Virus record (IMG/VR): IMGVR_UViG_3300009180_003294
Coordinates: 2,323 to 66,322 of that record
From: a virus
DNA length: 64,000 nucleotides
Direction: 5' to 3' (one strand)
Part shown: positions 9,437 through 19,900 of the stretch, one piece after another
How the letters are laid out: each line of letters begins with the position of its first letter
Position numbering within the stretch: the stretch's first letter is position 1
Notes under the pieces: generated by a model
Database searches by the model: none
Told to the model about the DNA's origin: nothing
What the model saw: the letters and a program-made list of their open reading frames with translations, nothing else
Made by a program: the position numbers and the translations under genes

Positions 9437-9465
9437 TTGACAATACATATTTAATGCTGTATAAT
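9437..9465 (+). promoter_or_regulatory. Sigma70-type promoter for the HNH gene
   Basis: Plus strand TTGACA (9437-9442)-17 nt-TATAAT (9460-9465). Confidence 0.8.
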
Positions 9466-9505
9466 TATTTTTACGGCTTACCGATTTATAAGATTAAATA
9501 AAAAT

Positions 9506-10045
9506 ATGAGTGATACACTACTACTAAACAGCGACGGCACTCCGCTGTCGATGTTGCCACCCAGCGTTGTTGATTGGACCATGGCGATCAAACTTACTTT
9601 TTTAAACAAAGTTTCAGTGATCAAAGAATATGATGATTGGGTAGTACATAGTCAAAAGCTGTCAATACCAGTGCCCAGCATCATAATGACCAAGCGTTAT
9701 GTACGACCAAAAAACAAGGTTTTGTTTAATCGTAAAATGGTTTATCTGCGGGATAACTATACCTGCCAATACTGTGGAGATCAGTTCCAAGCCAAAGACT
9801 TGACACTGGATCATGTCACACCAAAAAGCAAAGGTGGCAACAGTTCTTGGAGTAACTTAGTCACTTGTTGCGGCACATGTAACTGGCTCAAAGGTGCTAA
9901 AGTAATAGAGCCGTTGTCCAAGCCCAAAGAGCCAAATTACTGGCAAATGGTTAAAGTCGTCAAACAACATAACCCTTATCAAATGCGAGATCCTGCGTGG
10001 GCAGAGTATCTAGGCTATGACAGTAAGCTGATAGCAACAGGATAA
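9506..10045 (+). CDS. HNH endonuclease (McrA/HNH_5-like)
   Basis: 'LRDNYTCQYCG...LTLDHVTPKSKGG...WSNLVTCCGTCNWLKG'. Confidence 0.92.
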   Translation: MSDTLLLNSDGTPLSMLPPSVVDWTMAIKLTFLNKVSVIKEYDDWVVHSQKLSIPVPSIIMTKRYVRPKNKVLFNRKMVYLRDNYTCQYCGDQFQAKDLTLDHVTPKSKGGNSSWSNLVTCCGTCNWLKGAKVIEPLSKPKEPNYWQMVKVVKQHNPYQMRDPAWAEYLGYDSKLIATG

Positions 10046-10071
10046 AAAAAGGCACATAAAGTGCCTTTTTT
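10044..10071. terminator. Bidirectional intrinsic terminator
   Basis: AAAAAAGGCAC-ATAAA-GTGCCTTTTTT immediately after the HNH stop. Confidence 0.85.
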
Positions 10072-10115
10072 GTTGACTCGTTATCTACATACATTATTCT
10101 ATAATAAATACATGT

Positions 10116-10496
10116 ATGAGAAAATTCAAAGGTTACAGTACTGTTGATAAAACGTGGGGAAATTTCAAACTCTACGATATTAACCTTGCAAAACGCGACT
10201 TGCTTAACGAGTTCTATACTCGCAAAGGTGAACGAGTAATGAGTCCTGAGTTCGGAAGCATTGTTTGGGATCTATTGTTTGATCCATTAACTGATGAAAC
10301 TATAGACACTATTAGAGCAGACTGTCTGCGTATTGTAACTAAAGACCCTAGACTAGATTTATTGGACATAGATATAGTAGACAACGAACATACAATTATA
10401 GTAACTATTATTTTAAGATATGTTCCAACAGCCACAGAAACAGAATTAGTAGCGGTGTTTAACAGAAACTTGACCGCAGAACGAGAACTCGGATAA
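10116..10496 (+). CDS. Baseplate wedge subunit, gp25-like
   Basis: 'TRKGERVMSPEFGSIVWDLLFDPL...DPRL' is the GPW/gp25 signature. Confidence 0.9.
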   Translation: MRKFKGYSTVDKTWGNFKLYDINLAKRDLLNEFYTRKGERVMSPEFGSIVWDLLFDPLTDETIDTIRADCLRIVTKDPRLDLLDIDIVDNEHTIIVTIILRYVPTATETELVAVFNRNLTAERELG

Positions 10497-10506
10497 AGGA
10501 CAAACT

Positions 10507-13500
10507 ATGCCAAAGGCAATTAGACAAGAAAACTTATACGGAGCAGAAGACTGGACAGTAGTCTATTCTAGTTTTAAGAACGCAGAATTCCGTAGCTACG
10601 ATTTCGACACACTGCGCCAGTCGATGATCAACTATGTGCAATTCAACTACCCCGAAGAGTTCAACGACTATACGCAAAACAGCGAATTTATTGCATTAGT
10701 GGACTTGGTTGCTTATGTAGGTCAAAATCTAGCATTCCGTATGGATTTAAATGCCAGGGAAAATATTTTAGACACAGCAGAAAAACGTGAAAGTGTGTTG
10801 CGTATTGCACGTATGCTTTCATATAAACCCAAGCGTGTTCGTCCAGCACAGGGCTTTATGAAAGTCGTTGCAATCAATACGTCAGAGTCGATATTAGACA
10901 GTACTGGTGTGAATCTTTCTAATAAGACAATTATGTGGGGAGCAGATCCCAGTGAATTAGAATACGAACGTTTCATTAAAGTAATGAATGCGGCATTTAA
11001 TTCCAACAATCAGTTTGGTACACCCACAAAAAGAAGCACTAATACTTCCACAGGGAATTTATTTGAAGTTTATAATTTTAATAATTTAGGTACAGAGTTA
11101 TTAACAAACTACTCTATTGGTGGAAACGTAGATGGTTTAAATTTAACTTTCGATATATTACCCATCGATATCAGCACAGACGGCATGTTAACTCAGTCTG
11201 AACCAAATTTAGACAGTGCATTCAGTGTCATGTATAGAAATGACGGCAAAGGTGTGGGCAGTACAAAAACTGGTTTTTTCTGTTTAGTCAAACAGGGAAC
11301 ATTGGTTAGTATTGTAGAACAAATTTATAGTCCTAGTGCTAATTTAGTCATCGACATTCCCAGCACAGGAAATATCAGTGAAGAAGATTTTTATGTGCAA
11401 TCAATCGACGACACAGGCGCAATATTAAAATCATGGAAAAAAGTCGGCGACTTAAACTTCTCTAATATTGTGCTCAACGAATACAACGGCAGCGAACGAG
11501 ATTTGTATGAAGTAATTTACAGCGATGCTGATATAACAAGTATTAAATTTGGCGATGGCGCCTTTACTAATGTTCCAACAGGACAAATAAAAGTTTGGTA
11601 TCGAATTGCCGAAAATGATTTTGTAAGAGTTAAAGCAGGTGATGTAACTAATATTACTTTCAACATTGGTTATGCCAATGCTAATAATCAAGCGCAGACG
11701 TTGACAATGACCTTGGAACTACAGGACAACATGATCACTGGTCTGCCCAGTGAAACAGTTGATGAAATCAAACGCAATGCGCCTGAAGCATTTTACAGTA
11801 AAAATAGAATGGTCACCGGCGATGACTACAATGGATTCTTGCCCACATTAAACAGCGATGTATTAATTATGAAAGCTGAAAATAGAACATTCAGTGGACA
11901 CAGTCGCTACGTTGATCTAAGCGACCCAACAGGTAAAAGCCGACCATTAATCGAATTCGGTGACGATGGTTACATGTACAAAGACGAAGTGACCAAGAAC
12001 ACATATATTGCTGATGATGCAAGTCGCCGCTCAGTTGATCTATTAGACGAATACATTGAAAAACAGTTGACAGACATTGGATTACTGAACTTTTATTACG
12101 GCAAGTTAAATCTTTCAGGAATCACTGGCAGTGCCAGCACACAATATTTTCCCAGCGTAAAATTAGAAAAAACAATATATTATGCCACTACAGTTGATGC
12201 TATGGATGCAACATCTACTATTATAACTATTCCGGTAGAAAGCCTTAATACGCTGAACGCATTTGATAATTTTGACATTGACGGCGGCATGTTACAAATA
12301 GATAATGAATTGTTTACATATACTAACATTATTAATAATACATTCACAGGAGTGCGTAGAGCACAGCAAGGAACAAGCAAAGCGGCACATGCCAGTGGAT
12401 CACAGGCATTTAAAGTCAGCGACTATCGTTGGAGATATTCGTACAATGATTTAACTTCGAGTAACGGCTTTATATCGGAGTCATTGGCATCCAAAGTTCC
12501 TATGAAACTGGGATTCACCACAGGCGGCGAGCTACGAGCAATGCGCCCTGGATCATTAATTAAATTAAAGAACGATACAGGCGATACTCGTTGGGTCACT
12601 GTATCTGATATTCGAGGCGATGGACTTGGTATAGAAAACATCGACTATGTTTATACAGGTTTATTATCTAATGGCCATGGTCCAGTGGAAATTAACGCAT
12701 CTGTCACAGACACTGAAAGGCTTGTTGAAATATTACCGCCATTTGCCAGGGTATTTGATACTGTTACACGAGAATTAATTATTGAAAAATTAGAAGAAAA
12801 AGTTTCGTTTGCATTAAAATTTGACAACTTAACTCCTAAATGGACTATAATAACTACGCCAGTAAATACAACTGCCAATTATAATTCAAACAGCAACAGC
12901 ACAGGCTGGATATTAAATGTAACGCGGGAAAGCAATGGTTGGTCTATTACCAGTCGTCAGTTAGACTATGTATTTGGCAGTGAAGGATTGATTCGTTTTT
13001 ACAACATTAATTTTGCAGCCACGTTTAATCCCAACTTTAAATCAGTTAGCAATGATTACATCAGTTTAGTTACATTAGACTCTAGTTCCAAATTATCAGT
13101 ACTTAAGAAATATCGCATCAGCGGATATTATGTCTACGACGACGGATACACTGATAACAGTAAAGTCAAAGTAACTCCATTGGATTTAGACAATAACTTT
13201 TTGCCTGACGATCCGGACCATTTTAATGCTATTATAGGAGCCAGCGAAATTGCGTTAATCAACTACGAAGAAGGAAGTTTTTCTTACAATGTTCCAGCGC
13301 CACTGACCACCAACGAAACTATTTTAGAAACAGTTAATGGAAAAATGGATCTTGCGTTTAAGTGGGAACACAATACTAATATTGACCAAACGTTGAATCC
13401 TAGTTTAACTAATATTATAGATGCATATGTGTTAACTAAAACATACAATGATGATTATGTATCATGGAAAAAGAAAAATGATGCAAACATTGTTGCACCA

Positions 13501-13968
13501 CTACCTCCTACTACTGAAGAACTACGAGACAATTTTGCAAATCTAGTTGAATATAAAATGATCACAGATGAAGTGATATTCCATCCCGTTAAGTTTAAAC
13601 CTTTATTTGGAACACTTGCAGATCCAGAATTTCAAGCACAGTTTAAAGTAGTCAAGAGTCTTAAAACAAAACTAACAGACAGTGAAATCAAAAGTAAAGT
13701 CATTGATGCAATAGATACTTTCTTTACTCCAGGAAACTTTGGCTTTGGAGAAATCTTTTACTTCACAGAATTAGCCGCATACATACACACTGCATTGAAA
13801 ACAGAACTCAACAGTGTTGTCATAGTTCCAATAAGTGCAGAAGGTAGATTCGGTACGTTATTTCAAATACAACCAGACAGCAACGAAGTTGTAACAAGTG
13901 TTACAGGAGTCAGCGATATTATTGTTATTAGTGAAATTACAGACAGCAACATTAGGATCAGTCGATGA
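10507..13968 (+). CDS. Baseplate wedge protein, gp6-like
   Basis: 'DFDTLRQSMINY...FNDY...DLVAY...LDTAEKRESVLRIARMLSYKPKR', 'IKFGDG' and 'ETVDEIKRNAP...NRMVTGDDY'. Follows gp25. Confidence 0.88.
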   Translation: MPKAIRQENLYGAEDWTVVYSSFKNAEFRSYDFDTLRQSMINYVQFNYPEEFNDYTQNSEFIALVDLVAYVGQNLAFRMDLNARENILDTAEKRESVLRIARMLSYKPKRVRPAQGFMKVVAINTSESILDSTGVNLSNKTIMWGADPSELEYERFIKVMNAAFNSNNQFGTPTKRSTNTSTGNLFEVYNFNNLGTELLTNYSIGGNVDGLNLTFDILPIDISTDGMLTQSEPNLDSAFSVMYRNDGKGVGSTKTGFFCLVKQGTLVSIVEQIYSPSANLVIDIPSTGNISEEDFYVQSIDDTGAILKSWKKVGDLNFSNIVLNEYNGSERDLYEVIYSDADITSIKFGDGAFTNVPTGQIKVWYRIAENDFVRVKAGDVTNITFNIGYANANNQAQTLTMTLELQDNMITGLPSETVDEIKRNAPEAFYSKNRMVTGDDYNGFLPTLNSDVLIMKAENRTFSGHSRYVDLSDPTGKSRPLIEFGDDGYMYKDEVTKNTYIADDASRRSVDLLDEYIEKQLTDIGLLNFYYGKLNLSGITGSASTQYFPSVKLEKTIYYATTVDAMDATSTIITIPVESLNTLNAFDNFDIDGGMLQIDNELFTYTNIINNTFTGVRRAQQGTSKAAHASGSQAFKVSDYRWRYSYNDLTSSNGFISESLASKVPMKLGFTTGGELRAMRPGSLIKLKNDTGDTRWVTVSDIRGDGLGIENIDYVYTGLLSNGHGPVEINASVTDTERLVEILPPFARVFDTVTRELIIEKLEEKVSFALKFDNLTPKWTIITTPVNTTANYNSNSNSTGWILNVTRESNGWSITSRQLDYVFGSEGLIRFYNINFAATFNPNFKSVSNDYISLVTLDSSSKLSVLKKYRISGYYVYDDGYTDNSKVKVTPLDLDNNFLPDDPDHFNAIIGASEIALINYEEGSFSYNVPAPLTTNETILETVNGKMDLAFKWEHNTNIDQTLNPSLTNIIDAYVLTKTYNDDYVSWKKKNDANIVAPLPPTTEELRDNFANLVEYKMITDEVIFHPVKFKPLFGTLADPEFQAQFKVVKSLKTKLTDSEIKSKVIDAIDTFFTPGNFGFGEIFYFTELAAYIHTALKTELNSVVIVPISAEGRFGTLFQIQPDSNEVVTSVTGVSDIIVISEITDSNIRISR

Positions 13969-16900
13969 GCAAGCAAACAAAAAAGCCAGCAGAACTAGCC
14001 GCTAAAAAAGTTAAAAATATAAACCTTTTACCGCAGGTATTTGTCACAGAGCCTAACAAGAAAATGTTAGATTCTAGTTTAGATTTAATGACCAGCAAAG
14101 GCCAATTATCTAACTTTAAAGAAACACTGGGGTTGAGGTCTGCTACAAACGGTGTCACTGAATTCTTCAAAGTAGAAAGCAATGAAGTTCGTCGAGAAAG
14201 CCAAGCTAATAACATGCTTGTTATGAGAGACGGCGAAGATGCTTATTTGGGCAAAGCAAGTTACTTGGACATTGAAAATTATTTCCGAGTAAAAGGCTTG
14301 GAACTAAAAGATGGCATTCAATTAGATAAAGATATTAATATTTTAGACTTGCCGATAATCTCTGCAAGATTATCTGACTATCATTTATACTATTGGGTTG
14401 CCAATGATTTACCTGCGATGAGACTGCATTTTGCAGAAGCAGTTGGAGGCGGAAATAAATTTTCCATGGCCACTGATGTTATCGGGAAGCCAAGTGTGAC
14501 ACTGGTAGACGATGAAACTGGTAAATCATTAACATTACAAAACGGCATGGTTGTTTACTTCACTGGTTTTGTTGATTCGGATTATAAAACAGATGACATA
14601 GACGATCCGAAGACTTATTTTGTTACGGGCACGGGAGAAAATATTTCTTTATTAAGAACAACAAATATAGATAAAAGAATTCCAAACAGCTATCTTAAAA
14701 AACGTCCTTGGGATAAATCAGACCCATTAGTCGATGCGCCTGCCATTAAATGGGACAGCGAATTATGGGACGGAAGTCAAATTGTTACTTCAGAGCCGGA
14801 ATATATAACCATGGACAAATATATCGCCAATGAAAATCATTGGGGTGTAATCGATCACTGGTATCATATTAATTTAATTAAAACTGTGGCAGATTTTTTA
14901 GATGTTTCTGTTAATAACATTGTAACAGAAGCTAATAAAGCAAAACGTCCTATTATTACTTTTAATAGGCATACAAAACTTTATAATTGGCCCAATAACT
15001 TAAGAACAGCAGTGTCAACAATGCTCACCGGACAAGTTTCAGATTATACAGGAAAAGCCGGTATTAAAGATTTGTATGGTTACACATTGGTCAACGGCGA
15101 CAGATTAGTATTTGAAGAATCACCTGGAATTTATACAGTTTCTAATCCTGATACAAATGCAAGTTTTGTGCAAACAACTTCGACTGTAACAGGTGATGGT
15201 GCGTTAGTTGCAGTCGATTCTGATATTAGATATTATAGATTAATTTATAAAAACAACAGATGGCAGTTTGCACAGAATAAAACAACAAAAAATCAATGCC
15301 CTAGATTTGAATTTTATACCAGCAATGACGAACACTTAGAAACATTTAATGAAATTGATTATAAGGGCGGGGTTATTCTCGACTTTGCTCCGGGTCCAGT
15401 CTATGATTATACATTAGACAGAAGCATACAAGTCAGTAGCATCGATTTTGATATAATTAATGAAAATAATTCACTGAATATTAGTCCTAATCAAATAAAG
15501 TTTACAACTGATATAGATAAAATGTTTTCCTATAATGATGAAATCACTGGAGAAGAAATAGAAATTAAAGGGCCGTTTGGCTACAAGTATTTGTCAGCTT
15601 CTGCAATATCGTTTTATCAGCCTCGACGAGGTTTGGATATTACAAAGCAAACACAGGATTTGTTCTATAATGATAATACAGAAACTCAATGGAGCGAAGA
15701 GATAATCCCCACTGCTAATGGATTTGATACTATTCATATATTTTATGATGAAACAGAAAAGTTAAAATTCTATTTTAATGTGCAAGGCCACGGTTTAATC
15801 AGATTTTCTAGTAAAAGAGGATTTCACAATCTTGAACAAGTTATGCCTTTGATATCTGGCAGCAATTTTAAAATAGTTTGTCATGATTTACCTTACCCAA
15901 TAACTTTTTATCGAACAGAAGTAATAGATAATATTTCTAGACCTGTATTATTAGAAGAACCATATTGCTTTAATAATGGAGTCAGCAATGGTGTCATCGA
16001 ATTAGATCTGTCCGCCAGTATTTTAGAAGATTCTAGTTATATCGATAATTTATTAAACATAGACACTACTAGATTATTCTGGACAGCCAACAACATAACT
16101 AAATCGGCGATTATTCGTCCTGTAAATAAATGGAGGTTCTTACAGTTTGCTTATCTACGAGACAAGACTAATCCGATTTATGAAAGCTACGATTATACTA
16201 TCAGTGATATAACTCTGGAAGACGGCTCGTTGAGTTATTATCAGCAATTGATCTCTACACCCATATTAAATCAAAAATCAAAATACGGAGATAAGATTTG
16301 TTTGGATACTTTGATATCCGATCCAGTGAGTAAAACAGCTCCGTTGAGTTTAACTACGAATCCGTTGAATGCTAAACTCAACGTTATTAATTATTATTCA
16401 TTGTATCAACATACAATTAATCTAAAGTCAAATGCTTCAAATGCAAAAGAAGCATTGCAAACTGATCCTTCATTGATTATCTCTGGCATGGGCGGCGGCA
16501 CATTATTAAAACATAATAGTCCGTTGGCAAAAGCGGCAATTGTTGCAACCAACTTGCCCTATGACTTCAGTGAAATCATTATTAAACAAGGCAAGCACTA
16601 CGACTCATTTTTAAATAAGTTAACATTTGAACTTCAACAAGTCATCGATAAAAATAACACATCTATTATGTCTAGTTTAGATATTTTAAATTTAGCAGTC
16701 AGTAACATCTTTTTAAATCAAACTAATAATGAGAACTTTTGGTATCACAGTAACATGTTAGGCTGGGGAAATTCTATTAATTATATTGAAAAGAAAATAA
16801 CAGTTACCAATGTTTTTGCTATTCCACTTGACAATGGATTAAGTTTAATCGATCACGGTGCTGGCAAAGAAACTATACTACACCTTATTGCTGATAATAA

Positions 16901-19900
16901 ACTATTGACACGTGGTGTAGATTATACACTATCATCATCAGAAGACTATTATACTAGTATTGTATTGGACAATAAATTTGCCAACACAGAATTAACTATT
17001 AGACAATGGACTGACGAATTCAATTCTAAGATTCCTGCCAGTTTGGCAAAAATTGGATTGAACCCAGTTTATCAACCTGAAATTTACGCAGACACAAGTT
17101 ATGCCGATACAAAATACTTCTTATGCAGACACGATGGCACACGTTTATATTTAGAAGATGGTGTAGACGAAAACAATTATCCAAACAACAGCATTGAACA
17201 GTTATTATTTGAATATGAAAAAGCTGTGTGGTCAAGTATTGCATATGACATAGAAAATAACAGCAATGCTTCTTTGCTGGAAGATCAACCTGGTTATTTT
17301 AGATCAGGCAGATACACATGGTCAGAAATAAGAACTGTGGTCAACAGCGAAGTCTTATCATGGATGGCAGAAAATAATATTTTCACAATGTCTAATGATA
17401 CATACAGCGAAGCTGATCCTTTTACTTACACATATCAACTAGGCAGCGATGACGGTAACACTACAATGACTGGCTCTTGGAGAGCAATCTACAAATATTT
17501 GTACGACACTGATCGTCCACATTCACACCCTTGGGAAATGTTAGGTCATACACTAAAGCCAACATGGTGGGACACTTACTACTCTTGGACTGATTCAGCT
17601 AAAAGAACAGCATTGGAAAAAGCACTGCGTACAGGAAACACTAATACACCGACACAGCCTAAAACCAATCCATTCTTTGCTAGAGTACGCAATGTGGATG
17701 ATATAGAAACTTTTCCAGTAGACTCTGCTGGTAAATTACTTGCGCCCACAGAGTTATTATGGCTAGATGCAGAGCCATTGAATAGCGGCAATTGGGTAGT
17801 AGGAGAACAAGGTCCATTCGAAACTGTGTTTCTTAATACTCAAAGAGGTCTAGCCGCAGAAGCGAAATTAAAATTCTTAGCCAGTCCTGCTAGATATGTC
17901 AACACAAACTGGGTGCCTGGACAATTAACAACCAACAAATGGGGAATTAAATTAGATTCCACTAGTAAATTTTGGCAGACAAGTAACATCGAACACAACT
18001 ATCATAGAAAAGTTGTCAACGGAGTCATAACATATACTGCCGGTATAGAAAGTTTGTATGCAGAATTTTGTGCGCTCAATAACCGAGATTTTAAATCAAC
18101 TGTTATAGATAAATTTAACAACTTAGCAGTTAACAAAGAATTCTTACTCGGCGGATTCAGTAATAAAAATAATATTAGAATTGAAAGTACAAGTATTGCA
18201 AGTCAACGCAAAACATTATTCGTACCCGAAGAAAATTATGCAGTTAGATTAATTAAACATTATTCAGATAGAGAAATATTCTATTCTGCAATGCGAATAA
18301 TTTGGAACGGAACATCATATTCTGTTCATGGATTTGCCAATGAACAGGGATATTTTAATTATTTTACTCCTGTGGCAAATAGTGGTGTTACTGCCAAAAC
18401 TATAGGCAATATTGTAGTCAAAGAAAAAAATGTTTACAGCAACGAACTAACATCTCTGACCTACGGACAAGAGTTTGCGAGCAGACAAGAAATATATGAC
18501 ATCATTGTCGGCTATGGAAAATATTTAGAAAGCCAGGGATTTAAATTTGAAGAAGTTGAATCCTATGATCTACGTAATTGGCAGTTGAGTGCAAGTCAAT
18601 TTATATATTGGAGCAATGAAATTATTGCTCCCGGTAATTACATTGATTTAAATCCAGCGGCTTCTGGTATTGTATTGACAATGCCTCGGGGACAATTAGA
18701 AAATTTAGAAGGCACCAACGAAAACGTTGGACAATGTGTGGATCGCAAAAATAAACCATTGTTCAGCAAAGATTTATTAGTTGAGCGCAGTGATAATATC
18801 ACAGTTAAAACCAAGGATACTGGCAATCCAATTTATGGCATTAAATTAACATTTGCTACCTACGAATCGGTTGTACATTTAGATTCCATCAGCGTGTTCA
18901 ATGACATATACTTCCTGCCGGATCAGTGTACAACCAAGCGTAGTTTTGTAATAGGCGGCAAAAAGAGTCAAATTTGGGATGGGAAATATTTTGTTCCTGG
19001 GTATGTTGTCAGCGATGATTCTATTATTCCCAACTACGACACGTTCTCTGAAGTTGGAAGAAATTTATTAGACATAGAAAACGTTGTCGACGATAAAACA
19101 ATACTGGCTGCTAGCAGAGCTCAATTTGGATTAACTAGAAATCCAGAATTACGCCAATTGTTTTTGCAAGAAGAAACAGAGACGCTGTTTAAAAATGCGA
19201 TTACTTATACAAAAGGTACCAAGCAGGTATTTGCAGGCCTGGAGCCACTGACTCACAGCGACGGAAGTTCGACCAAACCCCTGGAAGAATACATGGTACG
19301 CATAGGCGAGTTTGGAAATACTAAAAATATTGAATTCTATGAATTTGAATTAGCATCTGATGACTTGGCCCGCAATCCACAGGTTATTAGTTTTGTAGCC
19401 GACAATGATGATAGAGTAAGTCCTTATATTCACTATATAACTGATAATTCACAGAAATGGGTGCATAAACCGTATAGAAAAAATTTAACATTTAAACCAT
19501 TAGATAGAACATACACTGATTTAAAAACCAGCGGTCCTGTCATCGAAGGAGATACTAATTTTAGTGTTGCTACATTAGATGATCTGCCTGCATTGTACAG
19601 TGATTTTTCTGAACTATATAATATAGAATCATATTCAGCCAATAAATCTTATAAGAAAAATTCGCAGGTTCGATACAACGGATTCTTGTACTATTCGATA
19701 ACCACTGTTAGTCCAAATACATGGACTAATAACAGCGATAAATTTACTCGTATAAACGAACCATTTTTGCCTAACATATTTGTTGCAAATTATAATAAAC
19801 CTAACCCTAATTTACTGGGCACAAGCAACAGTATGTTCACACCCGGCACTTGGCAAGTATTACAAACGATAGACAGAAATATTGCAGTAACAGAAATATG

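Noticed and set aside
10073-10105. TTGACT...TATAAT upstream of gp25 as a sigma70 promoter
   Set aside because: The spacer is 21 nt rather than about 17. The TAAATA motif explains the site better.
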